A DNA stretch of 63,846 nt, the filler included, from Octopus bimaculoides (taxonomy: Eukaryota): the NCBI RefSeq assembly GCF_001194135.2. It is 5 parts of 5 records of this genome, joined end to end, with 100 filler letters (N's around TTAATTAATTAA, not from the genome) between each part and the next. Parts side by side here need not be neighbours in the genome. Positions count along the whole stretch, not along the records: positions 1 to 6,444 come from NC_068985.1; positions 6,545 to 33,434 come from NC_068987.1; 3 more parts are not named here. One strand, given 5' to 3'. The notes below the pieces were generated by a model. The model was given only the letters and a program-made list of their open reading frames with translations. It ran no database searches and was not told where the DNA came from. Positions 1-12,150 of the stretch are shown piece by piece. Within the stretch, counting starts at the first letter, position 1; each line of letters opens with the position of its first letter. The position numbers and the translations under genes are program-made.

Positions 1-55
<55 letters not shown>

Positions 56-207
56 ACACACACATACATATATATATATACATACAAAAATATATGCACA
101 TGTATATCAATTTACGTACATGCTTCTTAACCCTTTACCTTTGAATGTACACATATATATGCATACAAACATGCACACACACACACACACACACACNNNN
201 NNNNNNG

Positions 208-720
208 GCGCTACGATTAATGTATAATTATGGCACAAATACACAGCACGTCTCATCTTTATACATTATAATTTTTCAAATCCACCACACAAGCGCAGTT
301 ATAGTTGGCAACAAATAAAAATATATGTTCCAACTTTCTTCAAAATTACAAACATCCTATTAAGAAAATACTCATAACCAAAATTACTCTTAACCATGGT
401 TTGGGCTTTGACAGTTCCTTTTAGCATGTTAGGTGTCCTGTTAGGGTCCCCTCTTTTGTGTATAAATGTACACTAATTTTATATGAAAAATATGTTGTCT
501 ATTGACTATTTTATGCATACTAGCCACTGGTAGAAAATTTCTCTAATTTTTCTACACTATATATATTTTTTTAATATGATTTTTGTAATTTTGAAGAAAG
601 TTGGAACATATTGCTGCCAACTATAACTGTGCTTGCACAGTGGATTTGAAAAACTATAATGTACAAAGATGAGACATGTGCTGTCTATTTGTCCCATAAT
701 TGTACATTAATTGTAGCACC
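208..720. mobile_element. Foldback MITE with ~140-bp terminal inverted repeats
   Basis: 208-352 (ggcgctacgattaatgtataattatggcac...caaaattacaaa) is the diverged reverse complement of 582-720 (tttgtaattttgaag...cattaattgtagcacc). The left end abuts an N gap, so the TSD cannot be seen. Confidence 0.8.
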
Positions 721-1494
721 CATGCAGAAGAGAAGATGGATAGTAAATTATTTTATTTGTTCATTGATGTTCGAAACCTAGGTACAGGTGGTAACTATTG
801 AAAATGTTTCTATTTTTCATCCCCTTTGAAATAACTCTTAACTATAGTTTGAGCTTTGATTGCTCCTTTTAGTATGCAAGGTGTCTTGTTAAGGTCACCT
901 CTTTTGTATATAAATGTAGACTAATTATATATATNNNNNNNNNNNNNNNNNNNNNNNNNNNNNNNNNNNNNNNNNNNNNNNNNNNNNNNNNNNNNNNNNN
1001 NNNNNNNNNNNNNNNNNNNNNNNNNNNNNNNNNNNNNNNNNNNNNNNNNNNNNNNNNNNNNNNNNNNNNNNNNNNNNNNNNNNNNNNNNNNNNNNNNNNN
1101 NNNNNNNNNNNNNNNNNNNNNNNNNNNNNNNNNNNNNNNNNNNNNNNNNNNNNNNNNNNNNNNNNNNNNNNNNNNNNNNNNNNNNNNNNNNNNNNNNNNN
1201 NNNNNNNNNNNNNNNNNNNNNNNNNNNNNNNNNNNNNNNNNNNNNNNNNNNNNNNNNNNNNNNNNNNNNNNNNNNNNNNNNNNNNNNNNNNNNNNNNNNN
1301 NNNNNNNNNNNNNNNNNNNNNNNNNNNNNNNNNNNNNNNNNNNNNNNNNNNNNNNNNNNNNNNNNNNNNNNNNNNNNNNNNNNNNNNNNNNNNNNNNNNN
1401 NNNNNNNNNNNNNNNNNNNNNNNNNNNNNNNNNNNNNNNNNNNNNNNNNNNNNNNNNNNNNNNNNNNNNNNNNNNNNNNNNNNNNNNNNNNNNA

Positions 1495-1960
1495 CAGGGG
1501 CTGGACAAAATAATGGAAACACCTAGCATCATAGCATCATAATTTTGAAATATTTATAAAACCATCAAAAGTTTGTTTATTTTTTATGCTTTTTGATTTA
1601 TTATTACTGTTTTGCTAAAATTACTGTTTCTTTTCAGATATCAACAAAAAAAGATAATTAAAATTCATTAAAATGACAGATCTATCGGACTTTCAAAGAC
1701 GTCAAATTGTTGGTGCTCATATGGCAGGTGCTAGCGTAACAAAAATAGCCAAAATGCTTGGTGTATCAAGAAGTACTGTCTCGAAAGTAATGACAGTCTT
1801 TGAGTAAGAGGGAAAAACCTCCGCGTCGAAACAAAACTCCAGAAGAAAACCAAAACTTTCAGATAAGAACTATTGGACTCTTATGCGAATTGTTAGAAAG
1901 GATCACAAGCGTACAGCTCCCAAAATTACTGCAGAGCTTAATGACCATCTCGAGAACCCA

Positions 1961-1961
<1 letters not shown>
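1495..1961 (+). mobile_element. Tc1-like transposon 5' fragment (TIR plus HTH region of a pseudogenised transposase)
   Basis: TIR-like caggggctggacaaaataatggaaac. From ATG 1673 it reads MTDLSDFQRRQIVGAHMAGASVTKIAKMLGVSRSTVSKVMTVFE*EGKT...RIVRKDHKRTAPKITAELN, typical of the Tc1 paired HTH. It is truncated by (TA)n. Confidence 0.85.
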
Positions 1962-1994
<33 letters not shown>

Positions 1995-1998
<4 letters not shown>

Positions 1999-2724
1999 AC
2001 ATTTCCTATTTAGTATAGGGGAAGTTTCATTTATGAGGATGTACTCCCATATTTGTCTGAGTGTTGGGTCCTTTAGGTACTTGGATAAGATGCGGATGTC
2101 AAGTTGACCCAGGTTACCTCCATGTTGGTAGAGTATGGAGGACTGTTTTTTTGTCATCATATTGTCTCAAATGTTCATTTTGTCGTTCCACAATGGTCCT
2201 AGATGTCTCCCCTATGCACATCATGTTCATATCTTTACAAGCACCTTCTATGCATCTTATGCTGTAAACTACATTTCTAGTTCTACAGTTAGTGCCAGGG
2301 TTAATCCTACATACCATGCATTCATCATTGGTGCATATGGTATTCTCAAAGGAGTATGTCCTACATACTTGTGATCTGATGGAGTTCCCTGGCTTTTCAA
2401 CAATCTTAATGTTGAATTTGGTCTCCTTCAGAGCTTTCCTAAATCTACAGGCTAGTTCTCCATGGGCTGTGGCCTCTGCAAACATCACTCCTTGATATTT
2501 GTTGGTTTTATACCATGTGTTTGCTTTGTCACAAGTTCTTAGTATCCTTTTCCAGTCTTTGTTTCTATATCTAGGGCAGGTACCACTGGTATCATTATGT
2601 CTTCCAGACCATACATTGTCATTGATATATTTACATTGTGGATAATTTCCACATTGTGTAAAACAGAGCCCAGGATATTTTTGTGCTTGGTTGGAGAGAG
2701 TATGAATAGCATATATGAAGCTTT

Positions 2725-2730
<6 letters not shown>
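1995..2730 (-). mobile_element. Penelope-like element 3' fragment (GIY-YIG endonuclease with Cys-rich linker)
   Basis: ORF 2114-2488 has CTNDECMVC...NCRTRNVVYSIRC...CIGETSRTIVERQNEH. The downstream frame has RQIWEYILINETSPILN (final GIY-YIG motifs). Confidence 0.85.
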
Positions 2731-2761
<31 letters not shown>

Positions 2762-3370
2762 TTAGAGAAAAGGACCAAGGTTCATGAACTCATCGATGAA
2801 AATCCACTGTCACATATAGAAAAATTAATAAGTAAAAGCACAATAAATAAGTATAATATAATACAAAGTAAATATCATAAGATAATGATAATAAAATGAT
2901 ATTTACTTTGTATTATATTNNNNNNNNNNNNNNNNNNNNNNNNNNNNNNNNNNNNNNNNNNNNNNNNNNNNNNNNNNNNNNNNNNNNNNNNNNNNNNNNN
3001 NNNNNNNNNNNNNNNNNNNNNNNNNNNNNNNNNNNNNNNNNNNNNNNNNNNNNNNNNNNNNNNNNNNNNNNNNNNNNNNNNNNNNNNNNNNNNNNNNNNN
3101 NNNNNNNNNNNNNNNNNNNNNNNNNNNNNNNNNNNNNNNNNNNNNNNNNNNNNNNNNNNNNNNNNNNNNNNNNNNNNNNNNNNNNNNNNNNNNNNNNNNN
3201 NNNNNNNNNNNNNNNNNNNNNNNNNNNNNNNNNNNNNNNNNNNNNNNNNNNNNNNNNNNNNNNNNNNNNNNNNNNNNNNNNNNNNNNNNNNNNNNNNNNN
3301 NNNNNNNNNNNNNNNNNNNNNNNNNNNNNNNNNNNNNNNNNNNNNNNNNNNNNNNNNNNNNNNNNNNNNN

Positions 3371-3404
<34 letters not shown>

Positions 3405-3409
<5 letters not shown>

Positions 3410-3570
3410 TACGATGGGCTTCTTTCAGTTTCCGTCTACCAAATCCACTCACAAGGATTTGGTCGGCCCGAGGCTATAGTAGAAGACACTTGCCCAAGGT
3501 GCCACGCAGTGGGACTGAACCCGGAACCATGTGGTTGGTAAGCAAGCTACTTACCACACAGCCACTCCTG
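3405..3570 (-). mobile_element. SINE family A, 5' half (tRNA-derived head)
   Basis: The reverse complement reads caggagtggctgtgtggtaag...ggttcagtcccactgcgtggcaccttgggcaagtgtc. It is near-identical to 24205-24370 and ends at the internal (TA)n next to a gap. Confidence 0.9.
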
Positions 3571-3689
3571 TATATATATATATATATACATACAGACAGG
3601 CAGACATGTATATATAACAAAAACATAACAAACAGAAGATTTGTAATTATTATAATTGTTTTATTTTGTCATGTTTGTTTCCATCATTG

Positions 3690-5950
3690 TCCTGTATGTG
3701 CATTGAAAATATATCAAATTGGAAAGGACCAGGTCTGGATGGACTGCAAGGTCATTGGTTGAAGAATTTTACACAGTTGCATAAAAGGATTGTGGCACAT
3801 ATTGGTGAGTGCCTGCAGCAGAGACACATTCCTACTTGGATTACAGGGGTATGATCAGTATTATGATCAGTATTATGATCAGTATTATGATCAGTATTAT
3901 GATCAGTATTATGATCAGTATTATGAACAGTATTATGATCTTAAGTATCTCATGTAAGGCAAATTGGTGTCAAATTTTCAACCTATAACCTGTTTACCAC
4001 TTATGCAGAAGCTTATTACCAGAGTCTTGGTGGGAAAGTTATATCATCATCATCTGGAAAGTAACAATTTACTTTCAGGAGAATAGAAGGGGTGCAGGAG
4101 TTCAAGTAGGGCAGCTAAAAACCAGTTGTTAATTGATAAAATGGTAATCAGAAATTGCAGAAGCAAATAGATGGGATTGAGTGTAGCATGATTGGATTAT
4201 TAAAAAAGTATATGACATGATGATGCACAGTTATATGACTAAATAGAACAATGAGCATGTTTGGATTGGCAGAAAGTATGGAAACATGAGAGCACTGACA
4301 TGGTGAGAGGAAAATAAAACTTGAAAAGGTGTAAACATAAGATGTGGTATATTCCAAGGTGATAGCTTATCTCCATTACTATTTGTATTGACCATGATAC
4401 TGCTCAGTCTGATATTACAGAATGTCAAAATAACTTATGATTTGGAGAAAGGGCATGGTCAGATAAATCATCTCCTACTCATGTACGATTTAAAGTTTTA
4501 TACGAAAATGAAAAGCTAGAAATTCTTGTCCATTCTGTTTACATTTTCTCAAACGATATATGAATGTAATTCAGGCTAGAAAAGTGTGCTATTTTGATAA
4601 TGAAATGGGAAGATTTGAAGGAAACCTGAGAATTGAAATGCCAAATGGGCAAACAATGAAATCAGTTGAGAAAGGACAATGGTGTAAATGTTTAGGAATA
4701 CTGGAGGCAGATGAAATAAAACATGAAGAGATGAAGCAATTTGCCAGTAGGGAGTATACAAAGAGAGTGGAGAAAATATTACAGTCAAAGCCGAATTCAA
4801 GAAATGTTATTGAATCAGTTGATTCAAGAGTAGTACCAGCTATCAGATTGGAGTGGGAATTGTGAAATGGACAAAAGGTGAAGTGCAGAAACTTGACAGA
4901 AAAACTAGAATGCTATTGATTATGTATGGAGTCCACCGTCCGAAAGCTGATATTAACTGGGCGTACTTGAAGAGAGACCAAAGTGGAAGAGGCTTGATTG
5001 GTGTTAAAGTGTGTGTGCAGATGAAATGAAACAGCTTGGTTATTTGCAAAACAGCACAGAAATGTTATTAAAGGCAGTAGATAAAGAACAGGTGATCAAG
5101 ACGGGAAAAGCAAAAAAGACAAAAATGAAATTCAAAGAGAACATGTTAAACAGATTGAAGAGAAACCTTTGTAAGGTCAGTTTTGTAAAACCACTGAAGA
5201 AGTATATGGAACAAAATTCTGAGCTTGGTTGAAAAAGAGGCATTTGAAAAAGTGACAGAGAACCTTATTATAGCAGCTCAAGATCAAACAGTGCAAACAA
5301 ACAATTTGAGAAAACATGTGTCACCTGAGAAGGTGTCAGCAAATGTAGAGTACATGGAATTTGGGATGAAACAATGGCACACATTGTTGCAGAATGCCCC
5401 TAATTGACCAAGGAAGGATATAAGAAATGGAAATATATCAAGTTGTGAACATTTTACACCAAAGCTTTGTCAAAAATTGGGGTTTGAAGCAGGAAGTACG
5501 TGGTACAATCATTGTTAAGAAAGAGTACTTGTATCAGAAACTTGCAAGGTTTTGTGAGGTTTCCCATTCAAATGGATAAGATGAAACATAAGGCAAATAT
5601 AACAGTAATAGACAAGAAAAGTCAAATTTTCTTACTGATTGATCCACCATGTCCATTTGATACTAGGATTGTGATGAAAGCAGATGAAAAGTTGAAAAAA
5701 TACAACCCCTTCAAATTTAAGAATGTGAGGATTTAGAACAAGAAATCTGTAAAGGAGATTGGAATGGAATGTCTTGTGGAACTTCCACAGAAGGTTTACC
5801 TCTTAGGGACAGGAAAGATCCTTATCAGGATTTTGAGCACTTGATGGCATATTGAAATCGTGGGGATAGATAAGGTTACCAGGAGTAACCTGCTATCCAC
5901 ATTAATTTTACCAGGAACTTATTGACTAATCTTGAGTACAGTCAATGCTG
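3690..5950 (+). mobile_element. R4/Dong-like non-LTR retrotransposon, decayed RT plus CCHC plus REL endonuclease
   Basis: Broken motifs in order: WKGPGLDGLQGHWLK, FQPITCLP, KGCR..S..KNQLLIDK, GIFQGDSLSPLLF, INHLLLMYDLK, KCLGILEAD, LDRKTRMLL..GRGL, CRVHG..ETMAHIVAECP, LLIDPPCPFD..EKLKKY. Many stops and frameshifts. Confidence 0.88.
3851..3940 (+). repeat. 12-bp tandem repeat (ATGATCAGTATT)x7.5 inside the LINE RT
   Basis: Directly visible, with one variant unit atgaacagtatt. Confidence 0.95.
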
Positions 5951-5970
5951 GTGATAACGATAATAATAAT

Positions 5971-6183
5971 CCTTTCTAATATAGGCACAAGGCCTAAAAT
6001 TTGGGGGAGGGGGATAGTTGATTACACTGACCCCAGCATTCAACTGGTACTTATTTTATTGACCCCCAAAGGATGAAAGGAAAAGTCAGCCTTGGTGGAA
6101 TTTGAATTCAGAATGTGAAGACGGATGAAATACCACTAAGCATTTTGCCCAGTGTGTTAATGATTCTGCCAGCTCACCACCTT
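5971..6183 (-). mobile_element. SINE family B (tRNA-derived head, (ATT)n tail)
   Basis: The reverse complement has A box-like gagctggcagaatc, B box-like gaattcaaattcc and central cctttcatcctttggggtcaataaaataagtaccag. About ten copies occur in the window. Confidence 0.85.
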
Positions 6184-6544
6184 AATAATAATACCTTAAC
6201 AGAATAAAATACATAGATAAAATAACAATCAAATTCATTTTACCAACAAAAACTAAAATGGTGGTTCTTTGGCGATTTATATATAAAAAAAAAGTTTTTA
6301 CTTACCATAAAATGTAAACCAAATTTTTAGACTGTGAAAATGTATGTCATAAGCAGTTGACTTTGGCAAATGGATAATTCCATCTTTTGGAAAGACATTG
6401 TAAAAGAGCCATTGAGATCTCCTATACCAAATATCCAGTCTTAANNNNNNNNNNNNNNNNNNNNNNNNNNNNNNNNNNNNNNNNNNNNTTAATTAATTAA
6501 NNNNNNNNNNNNNNNNNNNNNNNNNNNNNNNNNNNNNNNNNNNN

Positions 6545-7176
6545 GGCTTCAGTGTCATGCTTCAAACAGCTTACAATGGCACTGCCATGAGCAAAACGCA
6601 AGTTTATGAGCAGTTTCTACGCTTTAGGAATGTTTACTTGTCGATTGAAGGCCAACCTCGTTCAGGGCATCCGCCGACATCCCGAACGAATGAAAACATG
6701 AAAATTTATGAATTGATCTTTGAAGACCATCACTGAACAATTGACGAACTTCCTGATATGACTGGTTTGTCCTAGAGCTCCTGCAAACGAATTGCGAGGA
6801 ATTGCGAATGAAAAGAGTTGCAGCAAAATTTGTGCCTCGCTTGCTCACGGAAGATCAAAAGCAGCCACGACTGAATGCGTGTCGTGAATTAAAAGAACAG
6901 TTGGAAGTTGATCCGGATCTTTTTCCGAAGGTCATCACTGGTGACGAACGCAGGTGCTACGGAATTTGCAGATGTGGAAGAGATGAAGAAAAAAAATGAC
7001 GAAGGCTTTAAAAGATACCACTTCGTAAGAATTCCAGCACTGCTTTGAATAGTGGAAAACGCGCCTGAACCGATGCATTGCTTCAAAAGCAGAATACTTC
7101 GAAGGTGGCAAAAGTGCAAACATGTAAAACTAAGTGAATAAGATAATATTCTGGTTTCTTTTGTGCAGCCCTCGTA
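6545..7176 (+). mobile_element. Internally deleted mariner (irritans-like) element
   Basis: MLQTAY..MSKTQVYE..F, PRSGHP, MKRVAAKFVPRLLT..KVITGDERRCY is joined directly to the C-terminal FQHCFE*WKTRLNRCIASKAEYFEG. The 3' TIR ends gcagccctcgTA. Confidence 0.88.
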
Positions 7177-7194
7177 TATAGTATATATACATCT

Positions 7195-7360
7195 CGTTTG
7201 TTTGTTTCGGTGTTTATCGCTGAACGCCTAACAACTGGTGTTCGTCCGTTTATGTCCCCATAACGCAGTGCCTCCGGAGAAAGAGCCGATACAATTAGTA
7301 CAATTAGTAAGTAGATCTCGAATAAGCCAATGAAACAAGTAAAAGAATATTAGAATGAAA
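7195..7360 (+). mobile_element. SINE family A, degraded 3' half
   Basis: gtttatgtccccataac...gagccgata...gaaacaagtaaaagaat tail. Confidence 0.6.
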
Positions 7361-7364
7361 GAAG

Positions 7365-7365
7365 A

Positions 7366-7414
<49 letters not shown>

Positions 7415-7505
7415 GTCTGTCTGTCTGTCTGTCTGTCTGTATGTCTATTATCTCTCTACCTACCTACCTACCTACGTATCTATCTATCTATCTATCTATC
7501 TATCT
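7365..7505. repeat. Compound (TCTA)n/(TCTG)n/(CCTA)n microsatellite
   Basis: Directly visible. Confidence 0.95.
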
Positions 7506-8117
7506 AGTGAGTTACAAGTGATGCTATCTGTGAGATTCTCAGCTTTTTTAGCTGCTATTTTCTAAACTTCGGTATATGGTGAAGCAAATATTTTGCTGAT
7601 CCCTTAATTATATTTATTATCTATCTATCTATTTAATTGAGTTTTTATTTATTTATTTAATAAGATGATTTGCATCAGAACTGTTCTATTTGATTTGATT
7701 TTACAAATAAATGTATCCAATCAAATGCCTCCATTTAAATATCCCTATGAATGGTTTCTTTGTCATTCCAAGATTGAAGACGTGAAGTTTAGAGGCGCAA
7801 AATTGCAACATTAAGCACACACACACACGCTAATATATGTATATATATATAAATGTTACATATCTACTCATATGTGTACACACACACGTGTGTGTGTGTA
7901 CTTTTCTCTCTACCCAATATAATATATAATCTAACAGGAATAAGGCGTCACTTTTAATCTAGCCAGAAGCCGATCAACTTCTACACCTAATTAACATTAA
8001 GCATTCAAAGGTTCGTTGGCCTCTTTTTTTTTTCCTATTTTAAATCTTTTTCAATTATTATTTTAAAGTGCATAAAAGTGAGCCTTTCTGCAATAGTTTA
8101 TATTAATAAATAACTAT

Positions 8118-8326
8118 TTCAAATGTTTGCCACATGGGCAGCTTGTGGGAGGTGGAGATGAGTCGATCACCTCGACTCCAGTATTCAACTGGTACTTATT
8201 TTATCGGACCCTGAAAAGATGAAAGGCAAAGTCGACCTCGGAGGAATTTGAACTCAGAACGTAAGACTGGCGAAATACCGCTAAACATTTCGTCCAGCGT
8301 GCCCACGATTCTGCCAGCTCGTCGCT
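8118..8326 (-). mobile_element. SINE family B
   Basis: Homologous to 5971-6183 (ggtacttattttatcggaccctgaaaagatgaaaggcaaagtcgacctcgg...gattctgccagctc). Confidence 0.85.
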
Positions 8327-9262
8327 TTTGTATTAATAACAGTAAGTAACATCGTTAATTATTTGTTCGAATAAAACTGGGCAGATAATTATTTCTTTAT
8401 AAAATTAAATGAAGACTGCATACGTTATTTGTAGCAATTCTGTTGCAGATGTACAATGTTGAAAGTCATTTATTTTGAATAAGTATAAAAAATATGAAAA
8501 CATGGTCACTCTGAGTTTAGGTAAATTAAAGTTTTGTAAAAGATTCAGGGGTTTCATCTATTTTGTATTTCCAGCATACATTGAAAAGTTATCATAAAAC
8601 CAGTTACTTGATGAATTAACAGATAAAGCCAAACGTTTTGCAATATGTACCATGAATTTATAACAATTACTATAAATAATAGCTGTATTTTCTCACATCT
8701 GTTAAATCATTGATTTTTAAAGAATGCGAACACAGGGAGTTTACTGTTATAAATCATTACAAATCATTGTATTTCTTCACTGGATAAATCACCGTTAAGA
8801 CTGGTGATGTTCTGCCTGATGCGTAGTAGAAGTTTTTTGTCACGTAGTCGTGTTCCATATATGACCACCATCGGACATTAACTCATTGTACGTTTAGTTT
8901 CTGGGTTAAAATGAAGTTTATTCCTTTCCGATTTTTAATATAAAGTTTTGTTATGATTCGCTCATCAATTCGTATCCTTCTCTCCACCCCAACACACTTT
9001 CTGTGAAAAGTAACATAGTGGTTTCCATTTTTCTTTTCTTTAGCGGAAGAAGCAATTTATGTTTTACAATAGATTGATTGATCATAGATATTCATCGAAG
9101 CTATGCAATTTTGAAACGGAAACAATAATTGAAGTGTACATTTCGATCAATTAGCAGTAATTAAACAGTTTCTTAAAACACTTTTTTCTGTGATACTATT
9201 CTTGTAGGGCTTTGGTTTGGCTTATGTGCTGCTGATGATAGTTATCTCAGTATATTGCAAAT

Positions 9263-9633
9263 AGTAGAGGCGCAATGGCCCAGTGGTTAGAGCAGCGGAC
9301 TCGCGGTCATAGGATCGCGGTTTCGATTCCCAGACCGGGCGTTGTGAGTGTTTATTGAGCGAAAACACCTAAAGCTCCACGAGTCTCCGGCAGGGGATGG
9401 TGGCGAACCCTGCTGTACTCTTTCACGACAACTTTCTCTTACTCTTACTTCTTGTAATTCAAAGGATCAGCCTTGTCACTGTGTCACGCTGAATATCCCC
9501 GAGAACTACGTTAAGGGTACACGTGTCTGTGGAGTGCTCAACCACTTGCACGTTAATTTCACGAGTAGGCTGTTCCGTTAATCGGATCAACTGGAACCCT
9601 CAACGTCGTAAGCGACGGAGTGCCAACAACAAC
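9263..9633 (+). mobile_element. Full-length SINE family C with 11-bp TSD
   Basis: tRNA-like head ggcgcaatggcccagtggttag...ggtttcgattccc and (CAA)n tail. ATATTGCAAAT is duplicated at 9252-9262 and 9634-9644. A second copy lies at 61506-61885. Confidence 0.93.
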
Positions 9634-11904
9634 ATATTGCAAATTAACATGGAAAGGATACTTGTTCTCTAGTCATTATATCGAAGTACTCAAACAAAAG
9701 CAGATTCCAAATCCAATGATAAACAAAGACGACGTTAAGTATGAGGTAGAATTCAGAAGCAAGTTTCCAGATAGCTTCTCACTCTATAACCAACACTAAA
9801 CCCCTTTATCTGTCCTGTATATCACATTTGATACGTAGAACACATTTCCCTATCGTCCGTGAATCGTATATGACTACCTTTGGCCTTATGAAAATAAAAC
9901 TTTATATTACTTTCAACATGAAACAAGGGCTAACTATAAGTCTTAAAACAATACGGCCATTTAGAAGAAATTTATGAAGATGCTTTGGACAAGAAAAGGG
10001 TTAAACACTTGCACATTTTAATTAGCTGCTGCTTATGTTTCGTTTAGAATGATGGGGTATTAGAAGGCTGCAATATCATTATAGCTAGAGGCACAGGTTC
10101 ATTTGGAAGTTTAGCGTCATATCATGCTTACAATAGTTTTAAATACTAGTGCGATAAAGTTAATAATTAAATATGCATATACCTTTTTCAAACTATTAAA
10201 AAATTCATGTGATGAATTAGTGCACATGGTAGTGCTTTTCCTTAGTAGACTGATAATCGAGTTCTGTAATGGTTAAAATTATGACTAGATAACCTACAAT
10301 TATCAAAAGTATGAGATCAGTATACTACTTCTAGTCACAAGGAATAAATTATGAATGTATGGTGATTAGCAAACGATATGCTACAAACATTTTAACACGG
10401 GACCACTTTAAAAAATGTAACCATATTCTCTAAAGTTTAACCCAATCTCTTCATATCTTCATTTACTTTCCTACAGATTATTCAATTACACACTGCTAAA
10501 CTAGCAATGTCACAAGAAATCTATACACAGATAATATATACCACGAATCATGAAATGACAGATAAAAGATTAACTTCAATGATATTAACCTTTCTTTTAA
10601 TACGTCAATGAAATGAGACAATGACGGAGACGCAATTATCCAGGGACTTGCATATTTAAGTTTCAACGCCTTTCTGTGGTAATTCACCAAATCTCTAAAT
10701 ATGTATCTGTCAGTCACCCAGTACAGTTGCTATTAACCTGGGCGGTAAAGTTCTGCTGGAGTGGAGGCTTGTAAACTCACAAAAGATTTCAAAGAGTTAA
10801 GGAGGACTTTGAAAGGCGACGGAAGTTTGGAGGGGTTGTGATATTTAAATTAGGTATAATATTTACACATTTCCAGAAAAACAAAAACTTTCCCGGGGTG
10901 GAATTAACGTATGATTAGTGCATTGTGTAATCAGGAAGATGAAACAAGATTGATGTTGCATCAAATTACGGTACAACTTTTTTTTTATATATAAGTGCTC
11001 GCCTTTTTTAGTAATAAAAAAACTTACATGAGTGGGCTGGTTGGCTCAAATATCTAAACAAAAAATGGTATGTCCTGGCTGGTATAGTATACGAAAATAC
11101 GATAATATACCAACATATAAAATTAGCTTCACACAAAACATAGAAAGGAGTATTTGTAAAACGCCACTTGGAAAACTAGAAATATTTACGTCTAATGATC
11201 TAAACACTATTAAGTATTTATAAATACTATGAATTACTGAAGAGGTCTAATACTTCTGAAACATGTCTGCTGTTTCCACTGTACTCATAACGAAGAGGAC
11301 ACACTCCCTACTATATTCCAGTATTTAATTTCACTTAATGACAATTTTAGAGATGTCCCTACTCACAGCTATGTATATTGACAATAATTATCATTAAACT
11401 AATATCTATCTTTCCCCACAGTGTGAAACTAAGGTTCATTTTTTTTTTTTAGCTCATTACATTAAAAACCTTAGCACCACCTTAGATGGCAGACAATATT
11501 TGCTTCGTGTTCTACCATTACTCTTTTCTCGCGACTCTAGACACAAAAGAGAAAAAAAGTTTGGTGCTTATAGTGTCTGATATCATACAATTTCTTTACT
11601 TTGAATCAAGTATATAACCTTGTACTGATTTACAATATCTGAGATTTAGCTGTCAACAGCGTCTACAAAGAATTAACACATTTCCCAAGAGTTTAATAAT
11701 ACTACCGTCATATGTTCAGATTATCATATTACATAGATCTATACAATTATTAACGTCTTTATATCTGTCTATCAACAGCATTTTACTTGCTTTCCAATTA
11801 TCGAATCTCAGTTATTAGACAGTAAGCCACCACAAATTTGCTTCAAATTAAGCACAATCACATACGTATACATACATACATATTTTACATATAATACATA
11901 TACT

Positions 11905-12086
11905 ATACATGTGTGTGTATGTATGTGTGTGCGCATGTGTATACATATATGCGTATTCATATATATATATATATATATATGTATGCATGTATGTATGTAT
12001 GTATGTATGTATGTATGTACGTATGTATGTATGTATGTATGTATGTATGTATGTATGTATGTATGTATGTATGTATGTATGCATGT

Positions 12087-12146
<60 letters not shown>
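11905..12146. repeat. (TG)n/(TATG)n/(TA)n compound microsatellite
   Basis: Directly visible. It is the source of several spurious ORFs. Confidence 0.95.

Positions 12147-12150
<4 letters not shown>

Noticed and set aside
6489-6500. TTAATTAATTAA islands between N runs (also 33479-33490, 40297-40308 and 62706-62717)
   Set aside because: Each sits in a 44 N + 12 + 44 N block (100 bp). The 12-mer is self-complementary with stops in all six frames, so it is an artificial scaffold-gap spacer and not biology.
9263-9345. tRNA-like sequences with A/B boxes (many copies)
   Set aside because: They continue into SINE bodies and lack a complete cloverleaf, so they are SINE heads rather than tRNA genes.
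9841-11800. Repeat-poor AT-rich block as a hidden gene
   Set aside because: It has only short ORFs (73 aa or less) with no recognisable motif. It could be regulatory or intronic, but nothing is supportable from sequence alone.
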